Shown: piece by piece, positions 1 through 8,681 of the stretch
Position numbering within the stretch: the first letter of the stretch is position 1
Layout of the letters: each line of letters starts with the position of its first letter
Source of the DNA: Polyangia bacterium
GTDB taxonomy: Bacteria; Myxococcota_A; Polyangia; JAAYKL01
Length of the DNA: 27,037 bases
NCBI GenBank assembly: GCA_050287845.1
Contig: JBNKCR010000059.1
Location: 1-27,037 of the forward strand
Direction: 5' to 3'
Position numbers and translations under genes: made by a program
Notes under the pieces: generated by a model
The model's input: the letters and a program-made list of their open reading frames with translations, nothing else
Told to the model about the DNA's origin: nothing
The model's database searches: none

Positions 1-390
1 CTGGGACCGCCCACGTTGACAGACGTCATTCACGCATTCTACCAACCGTTTGCCTACAAGGACATGTTTCAATTTCCGGATTCAGAAATATCTCTGACCA
101 TGCATCTGGCGCTGGGACTCTCCGTGACGCTTGTGATTGCCAGCGCCGTGATGGCCGTTTTTAAAAAAGTCCGGGAAGAGAACCGGCCACTGTTGCGCTT
201 CGGCGCCATGCTCAGCTTCATTTATCTGGGAACGCTGATGACGGCGATTGTCGTTTCCCTGTGGATTACCCCCATTTTTTACGCCCGTTATTTTCTGGTA
301 TGCATCCCCCCGACAATTACTCCGAGCCTGATCATTGATGGACCGCCTCAGGATTGGCAGCCCCGTCGCCCTGACTATCCAGTTCATTGA
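1..390 (+). CDS. 3' part of a polytopic membrane protein (possibly GT-C/ArnT-PMT-like glycosyltransferase); open from the window edge
   Basis: Frame is open from base 1. Several hydrophobic helices and a 'PIFYARYFLVCIPP' segment resembling GT-C-type membrane proteins. The short polar tail after this segment may indicate truncation. Confidence 0.45.
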   Translation: MGPPTLTDVIHAFYQPFAYKDMFQFPDSEISLTMHLALGLSVTLVIASAVMAVFKKVREENRPLLRFGAMLSFIYLGTLMTAIVVSLWITPIFYARYFLVCIPPTITPSLIIDGPPQDWQPRRPDYPVH

Positions 391-425
391 GCGCCCGTTC
401 CAGTAACCATCCCCCGGGCATCGCC

Positions 426-1998
426 CTCATGATCCCACACATTATTTCATTTACGGTAAACCTGGCAAACTCGCGCCAAATATGATCTAAGAGGAGCACT
501 ACTCGTTGCATGGAGGTTATGTATGTCTATTGGCAGTTCGCTACTAAGGAACGTTTCACTGATAGATGAGATGGAATTCTGTGATTTGGGTGATGCTCGC
601 CGTACACAGCGGCTGCAGATGGTTGTTGATGCTTTGTCGCAAAAGCCTGACTCATCATTTCCAGATATTTTTTCCAATGAGTCTGAACTGGAAGCATTTT
701 ATCGATTTTTAAACAACGATCATTTTGAGTTTACTGATGTGCTGGAATACCATGTTGACCAAACCGTCAACAGGGCGGAGCAGTTGAAAGATATTTTGGT
801 TCTCCATGATACAACCGAAATGCGCTTTCCGCTGCGAGACGAGTGCCTGCGTTCAGGGTTGGGAAGATTTTCATCACAGCATCAGGGATTTCTGGTGCAT
901 GCGAGCCTGGCTGTTTCCAACGATGGATTGCAATGCCCACTTGGACTACTGAATATGAGGCCTTTCATTCATAACGCCAATATCGCCAATGAAACCGTTC
1001 GCACGTTTTGGAAAAGTCAAAACGGATTATTGGATTCCGAGCTGGATCGCTGGCTGGAGTCGGTAAAGAAAACAGAAGAATCATTGAAAGACGTTCCCAC
1101 AGTTATTCATGTGATGGATCGTGAAGCAGATGCGTATGAGTTGTTCACGGGAATGGCTGCCAATGACATAAAATTTGTAATTCGTTTGGCGCAGGAACGA
1201 AGGATCGAAAATCCGAATTTCGACGACGACACAGACATGTCCCGTTTCCCAGGCGCTTAAACAACAACCTGTAGCTATACGCCGAGAGGTGGAATTGTCT
1301 CCACGTTCCGACCATGGACGCACGCTGTCCGCGCGGAAAACATTTCCTGCAAGGCGCACAAGAACCACCATTTTGTCAATTCGCGGTTGTGAGATACAAA
1401 TTCCGGCACCTCGCGCTCCCAAAAGAGCAATGGGGTATTTGCCGACTCAAATTCGGTTAAATGCTGTTGAAGTTTTCGAAGAAAATCCAGTAGAAAACGA
1501 ACCGCCGGTTCGGTGGGTATTGCTTACCACTGAGCCAATCGATACTGTTGAACAACTAAACAGGATAGTTGACATCTACAGGGCACGATGGCTCATTGAA
1601 GAATATTTTAAGTCTTTAAAAACGGGATGTTCTTTCGAAAAGCGTCAGCTGGATTCAGCCCGGAGCCTGCTTGTTGCGTTGGCAATACTGGCCCCCGTTG
1701 CCTGGATGCTGCTTGTTATGAGACATCTGAGTCATCATGCCGCAGAAACACTCGCGTCGCAGGTATTCTCTCCCATTCAGATTGCCATTTTATCAACGCA
1801 GTATCCGAAACTGTTTAAAACAGACCAACCAACGGTGAGTGAAGCGACGTTGGCAATGGCCAAACTGGGCGGTCACCTGAAGTCCAACGGACCACCAGGA
1901 TGGATTACTCTGGCAAGAGGATACACCCGAATGTTGGAGCGACAGGTAGGCTGGGAAATGGCAACATCGGTAAATCAATTGATGTGATCTATCATGAG
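426..1998 (+). mobile_element. IS4-family (IS50/Tn5-like) insertion sequence, 1573 bp
   Basis: Imperfect terminal inverted repeats: CTCATGATCCCACACAT (426-442) vs reverse complement of 1982-1998, CTCATGATAGATCACAT. The transposase stop codon lies inside the right IR. Flanking 9-mers are GGCATCGCC (417-425) and GGCAGAGCC (1999-2007). Confidence 0.88.
523..1987 (+). pseudogene. IS4-family DDE transposase split by a +1 frameshift near 1240-1250
   Basis: ORF 523-1260 has a Tn5-like N-terminus (LGDARRTQRL, EAFYRFLNN) plus VLHDTTE and VMDREADAYELF. ORF 1289-1987 has the YREK motif YRARWLIEEYFKSLKTGC and LGGHL..PPGWITLARG. Removing one base (e.g. from TCCC at 1240-1243) joins them into about 487 aa. 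Confidence 0.88.
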
Positions 1999-2234
1999 GG
2001 CAGAGCCGGGGGAACACCCTTTTTTAGTGAATTTAGTTTGCTAAGAACGTGCCCGAGCCCCCCTGATTTCCCCTCCATATAGGTGGGGGCCGAATATTTT
2101 AATGTATCAATGGTCTTAAAAGAAATTTATATTCAATTTGGATCAAAACCTTGAACATTGCAGCCTGAAAAGCGACCTGAAAAATTCAGAAGGATGAACT
2201 GCTGTTAAAATGGAAATACGAAAGGAATGTTGAG

Positions 2235-3470
2235 ATGAAAAAGATAACCGTTTTAGGGATACTGTTGATACTGTTTGCGATGGGCTGCAATGATGGCAGC
2301 GGCAGCGACGACACCAACACGACAAACAACAACGAAGATACTGAAACGACAAACAACAACGACACTGCTGAAGATAGCGACACCAGCGCCGTTGATACCA
2401 ACGATGCCGGGTCGGAAGAGGATACAGATGCGGAAACGGACTCGCCGTTTACACCGGAACCGTTTGTGCCGAAAGATAACGAAGTGTGCAGTATGGATGA
2501 ATTGTACGGCAGCACCGCAGTGGGATCATTTTGCCCTGCGGAAGAAGTGTATTGTAATGGCAGCTGTTTTGCTGAAGCCGGCGAAAGCAAGGCGGGCTGT
2601 CAGCTGATTACCATCAACACCGTCAATATGGAGGGGTTGGCAATAGACGCGACCCATCTGTATTTTACATCATACAATAGCGTGTTTCGTACCAACCTGA
2701 CCACATCCGCCACCGAATGCGTGATCGGCGGGTTGTCGTTTCCCGATGGCATACTGTTGTACAATGATCAGGTGTACGTCGGCCTTGACGAAAAACCTGG
2801 AATCAGTGGGGTGGTTCGGGTGGGAAAAGACGGCAGTGCGCCGGTGCTTCTTACAAACGCGAGCCAAGGTGGCACCAGTTTTTCCGTTGTTGACGATACG
2901 CTGTACTTCACCGGGATGTCGAGTTGGGATGGCAATGTATATGGGGTGCCCTTGGCCGGAGGTGCGGCAAAGGAAATATTCACCGATAGATTTGATAACG
3001 ATGGGTATGCGGTAATGGATGGATACATATATGTGATGGCTGACGACCTTGTGCGCGCATCCGTTGATGCGCCCGATAGTTGGGAAGAGATGGTTTCCTC
3101 TCTATACGGCGAAGTTCTGTTCGAAGTGGACGGCACGCTGTATTGGTTGGCGGATCTCACGGGAGAACTCAACTGGCCCGAGTTGTACATGTTTCACATT
3201 GGGGATAGTGAACCGACCGAAGTGCAGGAACTGGAGGAGGCCAAGTATATGGCCCACAACGATATGTATCTGTTTTTTGTAAATAGATACGAAGATGATA
3301 ACGGTACAACGCATATATATTCGGTGCCCTTGGCCGGCGGCACAGTAGAAACGGTTGCGACGTTTGAGTCTTCGACCATTACAAGCGCTATGGCTACAAA
3401 TGCGGAACTGATTGTTCGTACCGGTTACAACAACTCCACCGGCGGCATATTCCGCATCCCTCTCAATTAA
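2235..3470 (+). CDS. Lipoprotein with acidic low-complexity linker, Cys-rich segment and probable beta-propeller (DUF5050-like) domain
   Basis: Lipobox signal MKKITVLGILLILFAMGC, D/T/N-rich linker, and repeated 'xxDxxLYF/W' and 'YxVPLAGG' blade-like motifs. Confidence 0.7.
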   Translation: MKKITVLGILLILFAMGCNDGSGSDDTNTTNNNEDTETTNNNDTAEDSDTSAVDTNDAGSEEDTDAETDSPFTPEPFVPKDNEVCSMDELYGSTAVGSFCPAEEVYCNGSCFAEAGESKAGCQLITINTVNMEGLAIDATHLYFTSYNSVFRTNLTTSATECVIGGLSFPDGILLYNDQVYVGLDEKPGISGVVRVGKDGSAPVLLTNASQGGTSFSVVDDTLYFTGMSSWDGNVYGVPLAGGAAKEIFTDRFDNDGYAVMDGYIYVMADDLVRASVDAPDSWEEMVSSLYGEVLFEVDGTLYWLADLTGELNWPELYMFHIGDSEPTEVQELEEAKYMAHNDMYLFFVNRYEDDNGTTHIYSVPLAGGTVETVATFESSTITSAMATNAELIVRTGYNNSTGGIFRIPLN

Positions 3471-3652
3471 AAGATCTTCCGCGTGGGATTCAATGGAATC
3501 AATCGAACAGCAATCGAAGCAATTGAGTGGTGATGGGGACGGTACTCGATTTCTTGAGAAATAGGCGGTTTTCGAGGATTGAATATGCGAACAGGAGATT
3601 GTCGAATGTATTCCGCCTGCGCTGCCATCGCCGGTTTTTTCATCTGTCTGCG

Positions 3653-3693
3653 AACTCGAGTTCCCCACTCGTCACCAACGGGGGAATCGAGTT
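3653..3693. terminator. Stem-loop between convergent transcription units (possible bidirectional terminator)
   Basis: AACTCGAGTTCCCC ... GGGGAATCGAGTT near-perfect inverted repeat. No clear U-tract. Confidence 0.35.
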
Positions 3694-3732
3694 GTCAGTC
3701 CCCTATAAAAGTGTTGTCCCCAGACCGGACCT

Positions 3733-3895
3733 GCGAGTCGGTCTGGTCAGGGCGCATCTTTAGCGCAGCGGAACCCGGCCATGATGATGCTCCAGTCTTG
3801 GGGTGATGCACCCGGTTGGAGGCGCGCAGTCCCCACGAAAAGTAGTTGAACGCACCGCCCCGGAGCACGTGGTCGCACTCCATCGGAATCGGGTT
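3733..3895 (-). pseudogene. Displaced, diverged copy of the last ~50 codons, stop codon and 3' flank of the FGE-domain gene (direct repeat of 4611-4774)
   Basis: Manual alignment gives 16 substitutions and 1 indel over 164 bp, largely at synonymous positions. Corrected translation ...RVHHPQDWSIIMAGFRCAKDAP* vs intact ...RVHHPEDWRLIMAGFRCAKDAR*. Confidence 0.9.
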
Positions 3896-4000
3896 ATGAG
3901 CCCGATTACACAAACTCCGGCAAGTGCCATTTTTTTGCAACACATTCTATTTTTGAACGAACAGGTATTCGGCAAAAGACAAAATTTTCCTGTCGATATT

Positions 4001-4119
4001 CCGCGCTTCGCTCGCGGCGCGAGCTTCGGCGGATCGTCGACTTGGATTCGCGGCGCGAGCTTCGGCGGATCGTCGACTTGGATTCGCGGCGCGAGCTTCG
4101 GCGGATCGTCGATTTGGAT
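4001..4119 (+). repeat. Left hairpin (4001-4032) and 3 x 36-bp tandem array (4012-4119)
   Basis: Unit TCGCGGCGCGAGCTTCGGCGGATCGTCGACTTGGAT at 4012, 4048 and 4084; the third copy has one C>T change. No spacers. Confidence 0.95.
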
Positions 4120-4132
4120 TTTGGAGGTTGAT

Positions 4133-4378
4133 ATGTATGTCTATTTGTTGAGAAGCCGAGACTGGCCAGAGCAAAAGTATGTGGGCGTTACCACCAATTT
4201 TGAGAGACGGTTTGACGAACACAATTCCGGTAGATGCATTGCAACACATAAATTCCGGCCATGGCGATGTGAAGTGAAAATATGGTTTGATGCACCTCAC
4301 AAAGCCGAGCGTTTTGAAAAGTATCTGAAATCAGGCAGCGGCCGAGCTTTCGCGCAAAAACGCCTCTGGTCCTTCTAA
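4133..4378 (+). CDS. Stand-alone GIY-YIG nuclease family protein (SLX1/UPF0213-like), 81 aa
   Basis: GGAGG RBS at 4123-4127. Motifs YVYLL...YVGVT, RRFDEHN and FEKYLKSGSGRAF retain the Tyr/Arg/His/Glu residues typical of the family. Confidence 0.9.
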   Translation: MYVYLLRSRDWPEQKYVGVTTNFERRFDEHNSGRCIATHKFRPWRCEVKIWFDAPHKAERFEKYLKSGSGRAFAQKRLWSF

Positions 4379-4386
4379 ATCATCAA

Positions 4387-4492
4387 CCCGCCGAAGCCTT
4401 GGCGGAGGCGGGCAAACGTCCCCTGGCGGAGGCGGGCAAACGTCCCCTGGCGGAGGCGGGCAAACGTCCCTTGGCGGAGGCGGGCAAACGTC
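4387..4492 (+). repeat. Right hairpin (4387-4412) and 4 x 24-bp tandem array (4397-4492)
   Basis: Hairpin CCCGCC-GAA-GCCTTGGC-GGA-GGCGGG. Unit CCYTGGCGGAGGCGGGCAAACGTC at 4397, 4421, 4445 and 4469. Confidence 0.95.
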
Positions 4493-4624
4493 CATCCAAC
4501 TGAGCTCTCCAGACCCCCCAATAAAACACACATTTGAAGGCCCGATGTATTACCCCGTGGCGCAGTAACGGGCACGGGATTGCCGCAGTTACCCGGTCCG
4601 GATCGGAATGGCGAGTCGGTCTGT

Positions 4625-5665
4625 TCAGCGCGCATCTTTCGCGCAGCGGAAGCCGGCCATGATAAGACGCCAGTCTTCCGGATGATGTACCCGGTTTGAT
4701 GCGCGCAATCCCCACGAAAAGTAGTTGAACGCACCGCCCCGGAGCACGTGGTCACAGTCCATCGGAATCGGGTTGGTGCCGGTGAATCCCTGTTTCTTTT
4801 CTTTGCGCAGCTGGTCCTGCGTCTGCTTGATTATCTCGCAACTGGCGGGAATTCCTTTGGATGCGCCTTCCCGGGAATAGGCGAACGGATCATACAAGTC
4901 CGCGGTCCATTCCCAGACATTCCCGGCCAGGTCCAGGTGTCCGTACGGCCCGGCCCCTTTGGGGCAACTCCCCACGTCCCGGGTGACCTTCGATGCGTAC
5001 ACCGCCAGCTCCGCCGTGGGCGATTCATTGCCCCAGGCGTACATACGATTGTCGTCCCCCCGGGCCGCCCGTTCAAATTCGGCCTCTGTGGGCAGCCGCT
5101 TTCCCGCCCACTTACAATAGGCGATGGCGTCCTGCCTGGAAACCCCCGTTACAGGGCGCCGGGGAGTGCGGAACAGTTTCAGGGGTTCGAATCCGCTTTT
5201 CTGAGTGTCAATATCCCTTGGGCGCCGACAGACGCCGGCATCCACACACTGCTGGTACGCGGCATTGGTGACTTCTGTTTTATCGAGATAAAACGGTTCA
5301 ACGGTCACCTGGTGCTCGGTCATTTCGTCGGGGATGGCCCGGGGATGATTCAACCCCATGGTGAATGTGCCCCCCGGAACCAGCGCCATACCCGGTGGGG
5401 CGGTGGTAGTCGGGTCTGTGCCAGTCGTGACGGTCTGCGGCTTCTGTCTGCCAGTGGAATCAGGTTTCGACAAATCCCCCTCGTGGGTGGGGCCGTGATC
5501 TGAAGTGTCCTGAAGCGCAGGGCGCTGATTCCGGGGTGGTGTCTGCGGATTTTCCGGGGGATTACCGCAACCCACCGTGAATGTGGCGAGGAGGATGGCA
5601 ATCAGTGGAATTCGCGGGGGGGTCAGGGGGGTGTGTGTGATTTCTGCATATCTCATGGCTCGCAC
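4625..5665 (-). CDS. FGE-sulfatase (SUMF1/EgtB/PvdO-like) domain lipoprotein
   Basis: Lipobox LATFTVGC and motifs MALVPGGTFTMG, KTEVTNAAY, KRLPTEAEFERAARG, DLAGNVWEW, RGGAF, GFRCA. The exact start codon is uncertain. Confidence 0.88.
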   Translation of the reverse strand: MRAMRYAEITHTPLTPPRIPLIAILLATFTVGCGNPPENPQTPPRNQRPALQDTSDHGPTHEGDLSKPDSTGRQKPQTVTTGTDPTTTAPPGMALVPGGTFTMGLNHPRAIPDEMTEHQVTVEPFYLDKTEVTNAAYQQCVDAGVCRRPRDIDTQKSGFEPLKLFRTPRRPVTGVSRQDAIAYCKWAGKRLPTEAEFERAARGDDNRMYAWGNESPTAELAVYASKVTRDVGSCPKGAGPYGHLDLAGNVWEWTADLYDPFAYSREGASKGIPASCEIIKQTQDQLRKEKKQGFTGTNPIPMDCDHVLRGGAFNYFSWGLRASNRVHHPEDWRLIMAGFRCAKDAR

Positions 5666-5745
5666 CCTATCACAATGAATTCAGGTAAAAAAGGGATGTC
5701 TGGCCGCCGGGGTTCTGTTACAACGCCAGAGAACAACCGGAAGGG

Positions 5746-7317
5746 ATGAGTGCCGACAAAATGCGCCAAAACCGCTTACATATTTCAGTGGCAATTCTCA
5801 TGGCGATATTGGTCGTCAGCTGCAAGCCGGGCGGACCGCAGGGCAATCGGACGGACAATAGCGATGGCAAGGAAGATGCGAATGGCGATTCCTCCGGCGC
5901 AATCGGTGTCATGCCGACGCAGATTTCCGTGGCGGCCCAAACGTTTCGGAATCAGCCATCGCCCCCGGCGGGAATGAATGTGGTGGTAGTGGTGGTCGAC
6001 ACCCTGCGGGCAGATCGTCTCGGTGCGTATGGTCATTCAAAAAACACGTCTCCCCGGATGGACGCCATTGCCCGGGAAGGCACCCTGTTTCATCGCTACT
6101 ATGCCGCGTCTCCCTGGACGGCGCCGTCGTTCGGCACCATGTTTACCGGAATGTCCCCGGCCATGCATCGGGGAGGGGCCGTGCTGAATGCGTCGGACAA
6201 TCCCCGGCTGCGTCGCACCGCCCGGCGGCTGAAGGGATTCTCTCTGTACCCGGTGCGCGCGGATATTCAGACCGTGGCCGAGCAGCTGTCGTGCTGCGTG
6301 GATGCCAGCGCGGCGTTTGTGAGCAATCCGTTTCTGCATCCGTCCCTGGGGTTCAACCGGGGATTCGACACCTATGATTATCAGACGAAAGCCAGAAAGG
6401 CAGCGGATATCACCGATGCGGCCATTGACTGGTTGAAGGCCCATGCCGAAAAGCAGGTTTTCGCGGTGGTGCATTACATGGACACCCACCAGCCATATGC
6501 CCCGGATGAGTCGCTGCGCCGGGAATTCTTTCCCATGGATGGGGGACGCCTCAACCCGGCCATCACCCGGAAGGTCGGTGAGTTGCGCGAAATGATGCTT
6601 AAAGAGAATGAACTGGCATTTCTCAGAGGGGTGTACGACGCTCAGGTGCACACCGTGGACCAGCATATCGGCCGCCTGTACGACGCCATGGCCGGGTTGC
6701 AGCTCCTCGACAATACGTGGCTGGTGATTACTGCGGATCACGGGGAAGAACACTTTGACCATGGGTCGTTTTTTCACGGATTGCAGTACACCGATGAGGT
6801 CATCCGCGTTCCGCTGATTATTCGCGCGCCAGGAGGTCAGTGGGGGGCGAACAATCAGGTGGCCTATTCGGCCTGTCAGATGGATTTGGCGCCCACGCTG
6901 CTGGACATTTTCGGCGTGTCCACTCCGGCCGCCATGGAGGGGAAAAGTCTGATTCCGCTGATGACCGGCGAAGAAAAGCACGACCGGACCTGTTATATGG
7001 AAATGTCGATGCTCCGGGATGCGGCCCACTCCGACATTGAAAATCGATTTCGGAAACACGCGCTTTTCGATGGTCGATACAAAGTGATTCAGAGCATGGA
7101 TGGCAGTTCCACGGAGGTGTACGATTTGGATATGGACGCCCTGGAGCAGGCGCCTATTCCGCCGGAGCACCCGGGCGCGTACAAGTCCATCCGGGCCCTT
7201 CACCAGTATGTGCGAAACCGGCAGCCGGCTCTTGAAAAGATCCCCATCTCCGACGGGCCGACCCGATTGCCGGAAGATGTGAGCGAATCCCTTGAAAATC
7301 TCGGGTACGTGCAGTAG
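5746..7317 (+). CDS. Sulfatase-like hydrolase/transferase (alkaline phosphatase superfamily), probable lipoprotein
   Basis: Motifs VVDTLRADRLGAYG, SPWTAPS, HYMDTHQPY, ITADHGEE, RVPLII; signal ending LVVSC. Start may be 5761. Confidence 0.85.
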   Translation: MSADKMRQNRLHISVAILMAILVVSCKPGGPQGNRTDNSDGKEDANGDSSGAIGVMPTQISVAAQTFRNQPSPPAGMNVVVVVVDTLRADRLGAYGHSKNTSPRMDAIAREGTLFHRYYAASPWTAPSFGTMFTGMSPAMHRGGAVLNASDNPRLRRTARRLKGFSLYPVRADIQTVAEQLSCCVDASAAFVSNPFLHPSLGFNRGFDTYDYQTKARKAADITDAAIDWLKAHAEKQVFAVVHYMDTHQPYAPDESLRREFFPMDGGRLNPAITRKVGELREMMLKENELAFLRGVYDAQVHTVDQHIGRLYDAMAGLQLLDNTWLVITADHGEEHFDHGSFFHGLQYTDEVIRVPLIIRAPGGQWGANNQVAYSACQMDLAPTLLDIFGVSTPAAMEGKSLIPLMTGEEKHDRTCYMEMSMLRDAAHSDIENRFRKHALFDGRYKVIQSMDGSSTEVYDLDMDALEQAPIPPEHPGAYKSIRALHQYVRNRQPALEKIPISDGPTRLPEDVSESLENLGYVQ

Positions 7318-7472
7318 CCGCCAACATACGGGCGAATCCCCGTGTTTGCCCTGGCACACTGGATTTTTTATTTGTGGATTACGGGATGGACGGTTACAAT
7401 ATTTATAGGAATTTCGTGATGTTACACGCTGTGACAATTTCACTGAAACTTACCTGAGGAGCATCCCGACCC

Positions 7473-8681
7473 ATGAAAATCCACGAATATCAGGCCAAGC
7501 GATTGTTTACCCGGTACGGGGTGCAGGTACCCCGGGGAGAGGTGGTGTTCGACCAGGACGAAGCGGTGAACATTGCGGAACTGCTGATGAAGCAGACGGG
7601 TACGCGCAAGGTGGTGCTGAAGGCGCAGGTGCACGCCGGAGGACGGGGAAAGGCGGGGGGAGTGAAAATTGCCGAGGGGCTCGATGAAGTGCGACACATT
7701 GCACGGGAGCTGTTTGGTAAACGACTGGTCACCCATCAGACCGGCAAAGAAGGGGTGGCCATTTCGCGGCTGCTGGTGGAAGAAGCTGTTGATATTGACA
7801 AGGAACTGTTTGTCAGCATTCTCATCGATCGCAGTCGAAAAAAACTGTGCATCATGTCCTCCACCGACGGTGGGATGGATATTGAAGCGGTGGCAGCTCA
7901 TCATCCGGAGCGATTGCAGAAAGAATGGTTTGAACCGCTGGCGGGATTGTTTCAGTTCATGGCCCGGAATATTACCGCGCGTCTCGGGCTGCACGGCCAC
8001 CTGCTTCACAAGAGCGTCCGTGCGCTTCGCTCCCTTTCTGATTTGTTCATCCGGGAAGACTGTTCACTGGTGGAGGTCAATCCACTGGTGGTCACCCGGT
8101 CCGGGGAGATTATTGCGCTGGATGCCAAAATTACATTTGATGACAACGCGGAGTTCCGCCATCAGTTTCATGGCGAGCTGCTCGACGAGTCCGAGCGGGA
8201 TTCGGTGGAGCACAAGGCCCATGCCCTGGGGTTTTCCTATGTGAGTCTGGACGGCAACATCGGATGCTGCGTGAATGGCGCCGGTCTGGCCATGGCCACC
8301 ATGGACATCATCAAACTGAAGGGGGGGGAACCGGCCAATTTTCTGGATGTGGGCGGTGGCGCCGATGCGGAAACGGTGATGAAGGCGTTTGAGATTATTC
8401 TGAGCGATGCGAGTGTGTCGGTGATTTTTGTGAACATATTCGGGGGAATTCTTCAGTGTGATGTGGTGGCGGAAGGCATTGCCCGGGCAGTGGCTCAGAG
8501 CAGCGTGGATGTACCTCTGGTGGTGAGACTCGCGGGGACAAACGCCCGGGAAGGCAAAGCCATCCTGGATGCCGCAAACCTGAATATCACCACCGCCAGA
8601 GACATGGAGGAGGGGGCGGCGCTGGCCGTTGAAAAGGCTGCGGGGGGCAGCGCAAAAGTGGCGACAGGAGGTGCGGCATGA
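7473..8681 (+). CDS. sucC: Succinyl-CoA synthetase beta subunit
   Basis: [64 protein letters not shown] upstream. Confidence 0.98.
   Translation: MKIHEYQAKRLFTRYGVQVPRGEVVFDQDEAVNIAELLMKQTGTRKVVLKAQVHAGGRGKAGGVKIAEGLDEVRHIARELFGKRLVTHQTGKEGVAISRLLVEEAVDIDKELFVSILIDRSRKKLCIMSSTDGGMDIEAVAAHHPERLQKEWFEPLAGLFQFMARNITARLGLHGHLLHKSVRALRSLSDLFIREDCSLVEVNPLVVTRSGEIIALDAKITFDDNAEFRHQFHGELLDESERDSVEHKAHALGFSYVSLDGNIGCCVNGAGLAMATMDIIKLKGGEPANFLDVGGGADAETVMKAFEIILSDASVSVIFVNIFGGILQCDVVAEGIARAVAQSSVDVPLVVRLAGTNAREGKAILDAANLNITTARDMEEGAALAVEKAAGGSAKVATGGAA

Noticed and set aside
3803..4132. 110-aa N-terminal extension of the GIY-YIG ORF
   Set aside because: It is made of the antisense gene-tail copy and the 36-bp repeats. 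A strong RBS and the family-typical start are at 4133.
4012..4492. CRISPR arrays (36-bp and 24-bp repeats)
   Set aside because: Units are head-to-tail with no unique spacers, and there are no cas genes.
4331..4755. Minus-strand ORFs with repeated peptides (DVCPPPP, GTFARLRQ, GRLPASA)
   Set aside because: These are translations of the 24-bp array in three frames with no independent coding evidence.
3733..4774. Diversity-generating retroelement TR/VR pair (FGE/C-type-lectin-fold C-terminus plus a nearby near-copy)
   Set aside because: Mismatches are not adenine-specific: on the coding strand only 2 of 16 have A in the orphan copy and 4 of 16 in the gene copy. They are mostly synonymous, and no reverse transcriptase is present in the window.
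7352..7370. Sigma-54 promoter upstream of sucC (CTGGCAC)
   Set aside because: No TTGC -12 element at the required spacing.
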